Assembly: GCF_006345805.1 (NCBI RefSeq)
Contig: NC_043001.1
Coordinates: forward strand, 15,500,001-15,564,000
Origin: Octopus sinensis
Lineage: Eukaryota
Direction of reading: 5' to 3'
Length of the DNA stretch: 64,000 nt
Shown here: positions 25,578 through 39,043 of the stretch, one piece after another
Layout: every line of letters starts with the position of its first letter
Numbering within the stretch: position 1 is the first letter of the stretch
Translations under genes and position numbers: made by a program
The notes under the pieces: model-generated
What the model was told of the DNA's origin: nothing
What the model saw: only the letters and a program-made list of their open reading frames with translations
Database searches by the model: none

Positions 25578-25957
25578 CACTCCGTCGGTTACGACGACGA
25601 GGGTTCAAGTTGATCTGATCAACGGAACATCCTCCTCGTGAAATTAACGTGCAAGTGGCTGAGCACTCCACAGACACGTGTACTCTTAACGTAGTTCTCA
25701 GGGGAAATTCAGTGTGACACAGAGTGTGACAAGGCTGGACCTTTGTGAATACAGGTACAACAGAAACAGGAAGAAAGAGTGAGAGAAAGTTGTGTGAAAG
25801 AGTACAGCAGGGATCATCACCATCCCTGCAGGAGCCTCGTGGAGCTTTTAGGTGTTTTCGCTCAATAAACACCCACAGCGCCCGGTCTGAGATTCGTAAC
25901 TGCGATCCTACAACCGCGAGTCCGCTGCCCTAACCACTGGGCCATTGCGCCTCCACT
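25578..25957 (-). mobile_element. tRNA(Arg)-like SINE family C (resembles Octopus OR-type SINEs)
   Basis: Sense head GGAGGCGCAATGGCCCAGTGGTTAGGGCAGCGGACTCGCGG with A/B boxes and a TCG anticodon-like triplet. Other copies at 30545-30718, 52030-52397, 52998-53290 and 58946-59250. Confidence 0.85.
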
Positions 25958-26104
25958 TAACAAATACAGAAACGTCCATGTATAATATTTCTCCTCTCTA
26001 TAATATACCTCTAGTAGAGATATGTGTGGTGAGTAAATACTCAGGTTAAACAGGAGGCAACAGATGTTCAGACGATATACGCACGCACACACATATGTGT
26101 GTAT

Positions 26105-26147
<43 letters not shown>

Positions 26148-27165
26148 CGTTTATAAATATATATTACATACATTACAACTACAGAATAAAATATGTTGAG
26201 TGTGCAGTATCCAGTGTGCGCATGTATACATGCCGTAAACAAACGTAAACGCTATTTATATATACAGCATTGCGGGGGCATATTTGCTTGTCTGTAGTTA
26301 AATATTTGTAAAATTCTTTTAATGGATTCAATTACTCGATTACGACCAAGCTGGGATGTCCCTTTGAAGCGTTTAGTCAATCATATTGACACCAAGACAT
26401 TACACACACACCACACACACACACACACATTAAAATACATACGACAGGCTTCTGTACAGTTTTCCTATTCTGTATTGCCCAAAAGGGGGTAGACATATAG
26501 GAGACAGACAAGGACAGACAAACAAATTAAGTCGACCCCAGTGCGTAACTGGTACTTAATTTATCGACCCCGAAAGAATGAAAGGCAAAGTCGACCTCGG
26601 CGGAATTTGAAGTCAGAACGTAACGGCAGACGATATACCTATTTCTTTACTGCACACAAGGGGCTAAGCACAGAGGGGACAAACAAGGACAGTGTATATA
26701 TATATGTATATATGTATGTATGCATATGTATATATATATATGTAATATATATATATGTATATATATGTATATGTATATATATGTGTATGTATATATATGT
26801 GTATGTATGTATATGTATTTGTATATAGATGTATGTATATATATGTTTGTCATTAGACTGCGGCCATGGTGGTGCACCGCTTTGAAGGATTTAGTTGAAC
26901 AAATCGGCCACACTATTTTAAAGCCTGACACTGAATCTGTCGATCTCGTTTACTAAGCCGATAAGTTAGGGGGACGTAAACGAACCAACACAGATTGTCA
27001 AACTATGGTGGGACACACACGCATATATATATATATATACATACATCTATATACAAATACATATACATACATACACATATATATACATATACATATATAT
27101 AACATGTAATATATACATATATAATATAGATATATATATATATACATATGCATACATATATATAC

Positions 27166-27197
<32 letters not shown>

Positions 27198-27491
27198 TAC
27201 ATATGCACATACATTATACATATATAAACATATGCATACATATATGCATATATAAACATACATATATATACATATATATACATACATATACATATATATA
27301 TATACATATATATACATATACATATATATATATACATATACACACATATATATATATATACATATATATACACACACACACATATATATATATACACATA
27401 TATACACATACATACATATATACATACATATATACACATATACACACATACACAAATACATACATACATATATACACATATACACACATAC

Positions 27492-27529
<38 letters not shown>

Positions 27530-28114
27530 GTATGTACGACGTGCTTCCATACAGTTTCTGTCTCCTAAGTTCACTCACAAAGCATTCCTCGGCCCAAGGC
27601 TCTGGTACAACACACTCGCCCGGTGTGTCTCGCAGTGAGATTGAACCCGAAACCACACGGTTTCCACGCGAACTTATAACACAACATGCCTCCACTTTTA
27701 AAACGCAAGTACTTTGCAACTCTCGATACAAAAATAATATCGAAAGTAAACTGGCTGACCTTTGCGCCACCGCTCCTCAACAATGGCAGACTCTTCAAGG
27801 TTTTACAGGTGCATCCCTTTTTATGTACGTCAGGTAACAAACGAAAACAGACGCTCATGCCATGTGCAAGTAACACACCTTATCAACATCAGCTTGGACG
27901 AGATATCGCACAAACACCAAAAATATACCTGCTTCCATCCTCCTCCTCCACACACCGCCTCCTTTCACTTTTATTCACACCTGTGTTTTAATTAACGGTA
28001 GTCTGCATGTTGCGCATACACCCTTTTAACAAAACAACGGTGCATGAGCAAGTTAGCTGTTGCACTTCGCTGATAGTGTCTGCTTTTTAGAAACAGACTT
28101 ACTACCACTACCAC

Positions 28115-28560
28115 CTCTACCATCACCACATCTACCATCACCACTACTACTACCAGTGCCTCTAGCTACATCGCCAGTTCTGCCGCCACCGTCATCGCCA
28201 CCACCTGACCACCACCAACGATACCATCGCCACCAATGCCAAACTATTGCCAACATCATTACAACTACCCACGTAACTACTACCATCAACTACCACTTAC
28301 ACTATCACCAATAATACTGGCACCGCAACACCATTCCCACCAACACCATCACCATTAAAATAATCCCTACCATCATCTACACTACCAACTGCCCCGTCAC
28401 TACACCACCATAGCCACTACTACCATTAACACACCGTCACCACTACCAACTACTGCCTCTACAACTAGTAGCACCACTTAAATCCTAACCACCGCCAACA
28501 TCACCTTCACGACTAAAACAACAACACACTTATAATACCGTAGCTACTACCACCCAAACT
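28115..28560. repeat. Degenerate (CAC/TAC)n low-complexity tract
   Basis: Direct reading. Confidence 0.85.
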
Positions 28561-29799
28561 GCAGCAATCCATTTACAACATCAATCAAATACCCAGGGTG
28601 GTACAATCGTCACAGCACCCGCTTAAATACCTATTTCTTTATTACCCACATGGGGCTAAACACAGAGGGGACAAACAAGGACAGACATAGGTATTAAGTC
28701 GATTACATCGACCCCAGTGCGTAACTGGTACTTAATTTATCGACCCCGAAAGGATGAAAGGCAAAGTCGACCTCGGCGGAATTTGAACTTACAACGTAAC
28801 GCAGACGAAATACCGCTGAGCATTTCGCCCGGCGTGCTAACGTTTCTGCTAGCTCGCCGCCTTAAATACCACCCGTTTAAATACCATCGCTACAACCACC
28901 AACACATCTTATTGGGGTACTTTTTAACAGATTTCTACTCTGGTCCAGTAATTTGGGCCGGGTTTCTAGTCTGAGACTAATTTGCACCCTTCCTCTCCTT
29001 ACCTCCGCCACCATCACGCGGGCCCTGAAAATTATGATGGGTGTTGCCCCTCATCCTGTAAGTCAGTGGTTCTCATCCGGGGTTCATTTGGCCCTTAAGA
29101 GTCCATTAGATTTTGTTATTCAAATTTATATGCAATAAATCCCTATTAATATTGGTTTCAAATTTTGGTACAACGCCAGCAATTTGGGGAGTGCGTTAAG
29201 TCGATTACATCGACCCCCAGTACTCAACTGGTACTTATTTTATCGACCACCGACAGGACGAAAGGGAAAGTCGACCTCGGCGGAATTTGCACTCAGAACG
29301 TAAAGCCGAACGAAATGCCGCTAAGCATTATGACCGGCATGCTCACAATTTTGCCAGCTCGCTGCCTTAGAATTCCTAATATTTAATTACAAGAATATAA
29401 TAGGATGTTTTAAACATGGGGGGGGGGTCTAGTGGAATAAAATAAGAATCAAAGGGACCCATAGTTGAAAAATAGTTTTTGAGCGCTACTGCTCTAAGTT
29501 ACGCAAAAATCACATTAATTTATAAAAATAATACAATAAAAGCAAAACCGGAACAATAACTTCCCGATAATCAATACCGATTATGAAAACCGATACAACT
29601 TATCTCTTAAACTGCAGTCGGTCATCTTCAATGCATCTATTCAATGTATTTAGAGCGCCAACCCGGTTACATTGTTATGGCTGACTGCGCGCCATAATGG
29701 CAATGTTACGGTCGTCTGCACACGAGCGTTGCATAAATACTTTAGTCTGCTTCCGAAATTTATGAAGGAGTTATGTTGTAATGTGCCAATTGCACCTTT

Positions 29800-29857
29800 T
29801 TATCTATCTATCTACCTACCTACTTGCCTACCTGCCTATCCATCCATCCATCCATCC

Positions 29858-29938
<81 letters not shown>

Positions 29939-30020
29939 CCTACCTACCTACCTACCTACCTACTTACCTACCTACCTACCTACCTACCTGTCAGTCTGTT
30001 TGTCCGTCTATCTATCTATC
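29800..30020. repeat. (CATC)n(TATC)n(TACC)n tetranucleotide tract
   Basis: Direct reading. Confidence 0.95.
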
Positions 30021-30189
30021 AGCATATATGTACTACCATGCTGGGGCATTGCGTTTAAGGATTTTTAGTCGAATGTATGACCCGTAGTACTTACATTTTT
30101 TTAAAGCCTCTCACTTATTCAATCGATCTCATTTGCCTAACCGCTAAGTTACGAGAACGTAAACACACCAACACCGGTTGTTAAGCGGT

Positions 30190-30229
<40 letters not shown>

Positions 30230-30402
30230 ATATAACGGACTTCTTTTAGATTCCGTCTACCAGATCCGCTCACAAGGCTTTCGCCAGTCCGAGGATATAG
30301 TAGAAGTAGACACACCCAAGGTGATAAGCATGGACGACCCAGAAACGTGGTTGGAAAGCAAATTTCTTACCACACAGCCACACCTCACCTCTGATTATAT
30401 AT

Positions 30403-30447
<45 letters not shown>

Positions 30448-30730
30448 ATCACCGTGACCGCCATGCTACAGTTAGGTTGCTACACATCGCTGGTACAATG
30501 CGCTTCGCATTGTTTTAGCCTTCAAATGACGCCACCCACCCCCGCTGGCAACAGCAGGCCAACAGAAGAAAGAGTGAGAGAAAGTTGTGGCGAGCCTTGT
30601 GGAGCTTTAGGTGGTTTAGTCGAATGTATGCCCGTAGTACTCACAACGCCCGGTCTGTAATCGAACGCGATCGTACAACCGCGAGTGGCGCTGCCCTAAC
30701 CACTGGGCATTGCCCTCCACACACACCACA

Positions 30731-30827
<97 letters not shown>

Positions 30828-31799
30828 GATGGTGGTGGTGGTGGTGGTAGATTTTTCTCGCTTGACGATGGGAGTTGTTCGTTGAACTGAATTAGTTGCA
30901 CCTGAATCAACTTTTAAGAATCTAAGCATTCCGTTGCCCTACACATCGTTAACGGAAATTCTCAGGTAGATTCAAAGTGATACAGTGAGGGACAAAGATG
31001 TACCTTTTTGAATTACAAATGATTTACCCAATGGGCTTCTATGCAGTTTCCGTCAACCCAGTTACACCGACAATATGTAGCTTGATCCAAAGCCATAGTA
31101 AGTGACATTTAGGGTGCCGCCCAGGGAGATTGAAACCAGGATCTCGTGGTTGCGAAATGAACTTAACTATTCGAGCATACTGCGCCGTGTAACATATTAG
31201 AAAACACCTGACATCATTCTCTTGCCTTGACAGAAAGAAGTGAAATTTGCAAGCTAAGATATAGAGAACTTATCAACAACACTGCGGTCCCGCGCTTATT
31301 CAAGAATTGGTTTATCAAAAACTCATTCGAGAAACAAAGACAAGGTGTGAAAAGCCGTCTCTACGTTGCTTACTCTGCGTGGCACCTTGGGCAGGTGTCT
31401 TCTAATATAGCCTCGGGCCGACCAAAGTCTTGTGAGTGGATTTGATAGACGGAAACTGAAAGAAGCCCGTCGTATATGTGTGTGTATATATATATATATT
31501 GTATATATATATATATATATATATGTGTGGGTGTGTGTGTGTTTGTGTGTTTGTCCCTCACATCGCTTGACAACCGATGCTAGTGTGTTTACGTCCCCGT
31601 AACTTAGCGGTTCGGCAAAAAGAGACCGATAGAATAAATACTAGGCTTACAAAGAATAGGTCCTGGGGTCGATTTGCTCGACTAAAATGACTGAAACAAG
31701 CAAAAGAGTGTAAGAGTAATAGTACGAAACTAAAAGCATATTTCTCCAAACACCCATTAACTAAGAGCTAGCTGTCTCACCAACATTGTCAGAGTCCCA

Positions 31800-31880
31800 G
31801 CAAACGCTGAAGATGCTCTCCCAGTGGCAAAACTTCTGGATCGGATTCAATTCCAGATGAGATTTTTCAATGAAGGTGAT
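31800..31880 (+). pseudogene. LINE RT N-terminal motif remnant (RTE-like)
   Basis: SGKTSGSDSIPDEIF matches the GK.PG.D.IP.EI RT domain-0 motif; flanked by stops. Confidence 0.4.
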
Positions 31881-32418
31881 TCAACTGTAAAAAGAAAATC
31901 TCCGCCAACTATTTCTCCTCCTTTGGCAAAGCTACTAAACTCATAAATAACGCAAAAGATTATCCAAAGAAAAACAGAAGCCTGGCAAACACTTGTGTTC
32001 GACATAAACTACACTCATATGAAAAAAAAAAAAAGAAAAAAAACGCTATAAAGGTAATTAGCAGCACCGATAAGACACGCCACACCTCGTATCAGAATAA
32101 CAACATCAAGTAACAAATTCACACTTCAAGAGCCAGCAAATTCTCTCTTCAAATATTTTACCGAAATCTTTCTCCAAAACAGTATAAAGAAGCCAGGAAC
32201 ACACAACGCAAGATATGTACCCTCTGTATAGAACACGACCTTGAACACTTCCATCTATCGGACGACAGAAAATTGCAAGGGAATGTCAAAATGTAATAGC
32301 CGTACGGTCAAACAAAGTTATTCACGTACACGTCGAGGATTTGAAGGAACCATTGCAGCCATTACGATTTTACACACACACACACCACACACACACATAT
32401 ATATATATACATATATAG

Positions 32419-32451
<33 letters not shown>

Positions 32452-32670
32452 ATGGATGGATGGATGGATGGATGTCATTAAGTTTATTTCAAGATTTCTT
32501 GCCAATACAGAAAGAACCAATTTATAATCTAGATCCAAGGCTCTTTCATTGGAATTTTAACATCAACAACAGGGTATTTTTGTATGTATGTATGTATAGA
32601 ATGTTTGGAGTGGTGTACAGATATTGTATATTGAGAAAGAGGAGGCAGTCAGGATTTTGGATAATTCGTT

Positions 32671-32760
32671 ATTAGAGCTTTCGTTCGTTTAACCGAACTC
32701 TTCAAGAAGAGTTCGGTTAAACGAACGCTCATAAATAATTATTCAAAGTTCTAACTGCCT
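32671..32760. mobile_element. Head-to-head PLE terminal repeats fused inside a hammerhead core
   Basis: Perfect 22-bp arms at 32682-32703 and 32706-32727; the minus strand reads TTGAAGA-G-TTCG(GTTAAA)CGAA-C-GAA-AGCT-C-TAAT. Confidence 0.65.
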
Positions 32761-32770
32761 CTTTTTTCTT

Positions 32771-32834
<64 letters not shown>

Positions 32835-32836
<2 letters not shown>

Positions 32837-33026
32837 AGAGAAAAACCACTATTATGTAATTCAAACAATGATAGACAGAAATCAAATCATAAAGAAAAAA
32901 TAAATATATTATAAACATATAACTGTACTTTTTGTGATCTAGTTGTATGTTTTATAATATATTTATTTTTTCTGTATGATTTGATTTCTGTCTATCATTG
33001 TTTGAATTACATAATAGTGGTTTTTC

Positions 33027-33031
<5 letters not shown>
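32835..33031. repeat. Long palindrome between microsatellites
   Basis: Perfect 56-bp arms at 32835-32890 and 32976-33031, imperfect to about 90 bp, 16-nt loop at 32925-32940. Confidence 0.9.
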
Positions 33032-33081
<50 letters not shown>

Positions 33082-33944
33082 TATATACTTATATTGTGAA
33101 ATTTGATTTAATACTAAATTGAATTTTTCCCGGTAAGTTTGGATTTTTTCCATCCACCAATCCACTCACAAGGCTTTGGTCGGCCCGAGGCTATAGTAGA
33201 AGACACTAACCCAAGGTGCCACGCAGTGCGACTGAACCCGGAACCATGTGGTTGGTAAGCAAGCTACTTAACACACAGCCACTCCTACGCCTATGTTTTA
33301 AATGTTTTTAAAAAATTCAAAACTCTGCAAAAATCCGGTACAAATTCTTCATGGTTCAAAACGTTGCTTACTTTTTACTCAACCTGATATTACCAGAATC
33401 TGTTAAATCATTCTTTAAGCTACACAACGTTGTGGAGGTACGTGAACCAGTGGTTTGGCTGTTGCACTCACGATCTTCAGATCTTTGTTTCGATTTCAAG
33501 GCAAAGTTGTGTAAATAAATAAACCCTGCGTTGGACTGGGGTGGTGGTGGTGATGGGATATTGTGATCTCGGTCACTTATTCACCATGGAACCGAGTAAC
33601 CGGCTGTATGAGTCCCAGACTCAAGACTCCTTGCGCGTTCTTCCTACAAGGCCCCACACACAAATAAAATCACACTCGGACTTCCTGCCATTCTTTAGAA
33701 ACTAGTGCACAACTATTCCGGTCTTATATTAATGTATGTGTGTGTGTGCTTGCGCACGCAGCCACTTCTTCACAACCTGTGTTTCTCGTTTACGTCCCTT
33801 TAACTTAGTGGTTTGGCAAAAGGGTCCAATAGAGTAAGTACCAAACTTTAAAAATAAATACTGGGGGTCGATTTTATTGACTAAGGCAGTGCTCCAGCAT
33901 GGCTGTAGACCAATGATTTAAAGGAGTGAAAAGTAGTCATTGGT

Positions 33945-35068
33945 GACGTGCAACCCAACCTGGCCCCAAAACACCTCTTAAAGTAGCACCAATTATTCCA
34001 TAGCACCCTTCTCATTGGCAACACCAAACAACACCGAATGTAACCAAGCATCGCCCTCAACAACACACAAAAATACTCGGGGTTACAAAAAACCCCGCCT
34101 CGTAATAGTTTCTATTCTAGGCACAAGGCCCGAAATTTTGGGGGAGGAGGCCAGTTGATTGGATCGACCCCACTACGCAACTGGTACTTACTTAATCGAC
34201 CCCAAAAGGATGAAAGGCGTTGTCGATCTCGGCGGAATTTGAACTCAGAACGTAAAGACAGACGAAATACAGTTAAGTATTCCACCCGGTGTGCTAACGT
34301 TTCTTATTTCTTTATTGCCCACAAGGGGCTAAACATAGAGGGGACAAACAAGGACAGACAAAGGTATTAAGTCGATTATATCGACCCAGTGCATAACTGG
34401 TACTTATTTAATCGACCCCAAAATGATGAAAGGCGAAGTCGACCTCGGCGGAAGTTGAACTCAGAACGTAAAGACAGACGAAATACCGTTAAGTATTTCA
34501 CCCGGCATGCTAACAGTTCTGCCAGCTCACCACCTTACACGCCCTTTAATGCATAGATGACAAAATAAAGTAAAACAACGCGCAGTCGTACTCATAGCAG
34601 ACACAGGTTGCACAGATGGCCAACAGAACAGAAACAAAGCTAATACTGTATAAACGGTACACTATAGAGCCATCGTAGACTACACAAGCCGTATCTGCCT
34701 GTTTCTCTCTGCATTTAACACCTACAACGAACAGAGAGAGCTACGCACCATTCATCAGACAAAAGGTCGCAAACACATCCCACCTGTGAACAACATGCAC
34801 AGCGTGATGGAAATTTTTTAAAATATGAAACCAGCTGAACATGCGAGGGACACAGTCTATTGCTGCAACAAGCTACAACGCCCACAGTTTCTGCAACCAC
34901 ATGAAATAACCACCGCAACACCCCCAAAGACATATGAAAGACACCCAGAACACAACTAAAACAACATCCTAAGAAAAGAGATGACAAACGTAAGAAAACA
35001 CATCGACAGAGAAATAGTTGGGACATCACGAAGCTACATTTGTCCCCCGAACACTGGGTTGCGTTGTA
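33945..35068 (+). pseudogene. Decayed LINE RT C-terminal region (Jockey/I-group-like), split by a SINE B array at 34105-34530
   Basis: Frameshifted STLLIGNTKQHR, KILGVT, TETKLILYKRY and AIVDYTSRI occur in the order expected for RT domains 6-7 and the thumb. Confidence 0.45.
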
Positions 35069-35086
35069 CATCACCAATGACTACCT

Positions 35087-35502
35087 ATTTCTTTACTACC
35101 CACAAGGGGCTAAACACGGAGGGGACAAACAAGGACAGACAAACGGATTAAGTCGATTACATCGACCCCAGTGCGTAACTGGTACTTAATTTATCGACCC
35201 CGAGAGGATGAAAGGCAAAGTCGACCTCAGCGAAATCTGAACTCAGAACGTAGCGGCAGACGAAATGCCTATTTCTTTACTACCCACAAGGGGCTAAACA
35301 CAGAGAGGACAAACAAGGGCAGACAAACGGATTAAGGTGATTACATCGACCCCAGTGCGTAACTGGTACTTAATTTATCGATCCCGAGAGGATGAAAGGC
35401 AAAGTCAACCTCGGCAGAATTTGAACTCAGAACGTAGCGGCAGACGAAATACCGCTGAGCATTTCGCCCGGCGTGCTAATAATTCTGCCAGCTCGACGCC
35501 TT
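35087..35502 (-). mobile_element. SINE family B dimer with 18-bp TSD
   Basis: Two bodies and one head; catcaccaatgactacct at 35069-35086 and 35518-35535. Confidence 0.85.
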
Positions 35503-35966
35503 AGTCTAGAAGGTCGTCATCACCAATGACTACCTTCTAGTCATTGGTCTGCGGCCATGCTGGGGCGATGCCTAGAAGGTTTTTAGCAGAACAAATCGAC
35601 TCCGGGACTTATTTATAAAAGTCAGCTACTTGTTCTATCGGTTGCTTTTGCCAAAATGCTAAGTTACGGGGACGTAAACAAACCAACAACGTTTGTTTAG
35701 CAGTGTGAACACATACACACAACGCACTTTCACGCAGTTTCCAACTACTAAATTCACTCAGAAGTCATTGGTCGGCTATAATAGAAGACACTTGCCCATA
35801 ATGCCGCACAGTGAGACTGAACCCAAAACCACGCGCTTCTAAAGCGAGCTTCTTAACCAGATAACCACGCCTGCGCCTAGCGTAAAGCTACGGCAAATGA
35901 CGCACTGTAAACAAGTCTTCAGAGATCACCTGTTTCCACTGGCGAACACCAGAATAACCTTTAAAC

Positions 35967-36293
35967 CAGGTGTTCTCAACCATTTTTTATCTAGGGACCC
36001 CTTTGGTTATTATTGTATTCTGGTGGACCCCCATAGCCATCTGATGTTTAAAAACTAGTTTCATAGAAACTTCTTCCAAAATTCCTATTTCCATCGTCAC
36101 ACATTAACCTGTGTAAGTCAAACTATGTAAAATGCTAGATGTTTCTTGCAATACATACCAATATAAAGCAAAATTTTTTCAGGGGCCCTTAAAGTACTAT
36201 TGGGGATCCCTATTTACTATTTTGTTGCGTGCACCCCACCAAAGTTTTATATGGATCCTAGGGGGACATATGGGCTCCAGTTGAAAACCATTG
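35967..36293. mobile_element. hAT-type MITE
   Basis: Imperfect TIRs caggtgttctcaac / gttgaaaaccattg; 8-bp TSD ctttaaac / ctttatac (1 mismatch). Confidence 0.75.
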
Positions 36294-36324
36294 CTTTATA
36301 CAGTCGTTACATTTGCAAGATATG

Positions 36325-36489
36325 GGCACAGGAGTGGCTGTGTGGTAAGTAGCTTGCTTACCAACCACATGGTTCCGGGTTCAGTCCCACTGCGTAGCAC
36401 CTTGGGCAAGTGTCTTCTACTATAGCCTCGGGCCGACCAAAGCCTTGTGAGTGGATTTGGTAGACGGAAACTGAAAGAAGCCCGTCGTA

Positions 36490-36568
<79 letters not shown>

Positions 36569-36790
36569 AGTATATGTTTGTGTGTCTGTGTTTGTCCTCC
36601 CAATATCGCTTGACAACCGATGCTGGTGTGTTTACGTCCCCGTAACTTAGCGGTTCGGCAAAAGAGACCGATAGAATAAGTACTAGGCTTACAAAGGAAT
36701 AAACTCTGGGGTCGATTTGCTCGACTAAAAGGCGGTGCTCCAGCATAGCCGCAGTCAAATGACTGAAACAAGTAAAAGAGTAAAGAGTAA
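36325..36790 (+). mobile_element. SINE family A, full length
   Basis: Head, CORE-like segment, internal (TA)n and tail all present. Further near-full copies at 37130-37600 and 41190-41580 on the minus strand. Confidence 0.9.
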
Positions 36791-37351
36791 GAGTATATAT
36801 AGCAGACAGATTTCCCATAAATCATACCCTTCCCTCTCGCATTTGCACAAGCTACATTAAATAATGTAATCTTAGAAAATTTAATGTAAATAATTCGATA
36901 ATGTAAACGGAATATAACCCTAAAAAAAGAAGGATGGTCACAACTGGGTTTTCTTCTGGTTATACGCCTGATCAATCAGAGTTGACTTGAAGCTAAAGAA
37001 CAACAGATGTACAGAACAACCAACGTTACTCGACCCGCTAGAAATAGTTGCCAAGTTCCCCTCAGATCATTCCTTAGTGCCTTAAAAAAAGGGATGTATC
37101 GGATAATGTAATCTCTGATATACTCTTTTACTCTTTTACTTGTTTCAGTCATTTGACTATGGCCATGCTGGAGCACCGCCTTTAGTCGAGCAAATCGATC
37201 CCGGGACTTATTCTTTGTAAGCCTAGTACTTATTCTATCGGTCCCTTTTGCCGAACCGCTAAGTGACGAGGACATAAACACATCTGCATCGGTTGTCAAG
37301 CAATGCTAGGGAGACAAACACAGACGTACGAACATACACACAGGCACACAA

Positions 37352-37414
<63 letters not shown>

Positions 37415-38089
37415 CACACACATATACATATATACGACGGACTTCTTTCAGTTTCCGTCTACCAAATGCACTCACAAGGCTTTGGTCGGCCCGAGGCTAT
37501 AGTAGAAGACACTTGCCCAAGGTGTCACACAGTGGGACTGAAGCCGGAACCAGGTGGTTGGTAAGCAAGCTACTTACCACACAGCCACTCCTACGCCTAT
37601 AAATAAGATTGACATAAAGATTTTTTCTTATTTTTTTACATGATGGCTTTAGAAACATTGCGAGTAAAACTAAAGCTGTCAATGTTTCGTTTAATGTTAC
37701 TTGGTCAACACTGTAGTGAAATATATAGACAGTACAATGTGTTGATGTGGCTGCGTGTATCTTATTACAAGAGTTCAAACAGAGACGAAGGAATAAATAC
37801 AAAATCTATATATTTACTACAGGAAAATATATTTAATTCTTCTATCGATGATGATACATGGAATCAAATTGTAGAAGCTATTTGAAGAAGTAATCAGAGA
37901 TAGGAAATGGAGAACAACAGCGAAGAGGTGGCTTTCAGTCATGGGGCGTAGCAACGACGTGAATGGTTCTAAGTCTAATCGACTAAGAAGCAAAGAGCTG
38001 GGTTAGCAAGCTGTTTTATTGATGGAACGCTAGACATTCTAGAAACTTCCAAGTGTCACGCCTCGTGACAACGATGCTTCGAGAAGCTT

Positions 38090-38346
38090 AGAGAAGGGAG
38101 GTTACTCTATGACCTTTCTTGCAAGGGAGACCATTCAGCTACCTATCTACCTACACAGCTACAACGTGGAACAAGCTGCCAGACGAGATGGTGAAGATGC
38201 CGACGACCGCTTTGTTCAAAGTCTCCCTTGACCTCAAGTGGCCTGAACTCTTTACATGAACACCACCCTGGACTTAACTCCATGTCCCCCTACGTGGCCT
38301 TGCTTTTTGCTTTTGAGCCAAAAATTAACTAACTAACTAACTAACT
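38090..38346 (+). mobile_element. 3' end of a CR1/L2-group LINE
   Basis: WNKLPDEMVKMPTTALFKVSLDLKWPELFT* (38167-38259), short 3' UTR and (TAAC)n tail. Confidence 0.85.
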
Positions 38347-38646
38347 TTCAGGAAAGGCATGAAACATGGAGAAGATTTCAGAAGGATGAATTTCTGATAA
38401 AGAATGACTTACCATAATACTTAGGGCAAGGCCGGGAGATTTGGAGGTGGGGGCAGCAAAGAGGTGGAGAGACGAGTGGGTGGGATGTAGTTAAATGGAA
38501 GCGGTACAAGATCAGTTAGCTGTAAGGAACAGGCAGTTAGAGTAGCGACAGACAAAACAGAGATGAAGGTGCACGCCCATTGGCCAGAGCTTGGAGCATG
38601 TCCTTAAATAACTGAATAACTAAAAATCCTTTATTTTTATGATTAG

Positions 38647-39043
38647 ACTAGCAGTATCGCCCGGCGTTGCTCGGGTTTGTAAGGGAAATAACTATATAAG
38701 CATTTTTAGAGATGTAAAGTATAATAGCCATCTCAATATGGCTAACCACAAAGGCGGGTGTTACTGTAGGTTTTTACGTTCTGAGATTTAATAATACATT
38801 TTTAGAGAGTTACTTCCCTTATATAATAGCAACAAAATGCATTAAAAATGGGAAAAAATTATAGTAAATTTTTTTTTAAATCGTAGACTCATCGTAGACG
38901 CGCACTAATACCCAGAAGGGCTCGATATGAATCACAACTATAAGATACCCGCTTTTGGTTACACTGCACCGCAAAATGTGGGAGTAGTTAGGAATCTAAA
39001 TCGTAGGAGACAGACACACAACCTCACTTTTATATATAAAGAT
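38647..39043 (+). mobile_element. Non-autonomous Helentron/DINE-like element
   Basis: 5' ACTAGCAGTATCGCCCGGCGTTGCTCGGG hairpin and 3' cttttatatataaagat; same termini as the 60333 and 61499 elements but a different interior. Confidence 0.6.

Noticed and set aside
25880-25957. tRNA-like sequences at SINE heads (also 40716, 43940, 52998, 58946)
   Set aside because: They continue into SINE bodies and lack a full cloverleaf, so they are not tRNA genes.
27003-27770. 255-aa ORF; likewise 39632-40342 (236 aa) and 36358-36975 (205 aa)
   Set aside because: Run through TA/TG microsatellites and SINE sequence; no coding complexity.
38413-38519. Minus-strand segment with a strong ATG|GTAAGT donor and an acceptor
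   Set aside because: The donor lies in SINE-tail-derived sequence; 107 bp with a stop in the obvious frame.
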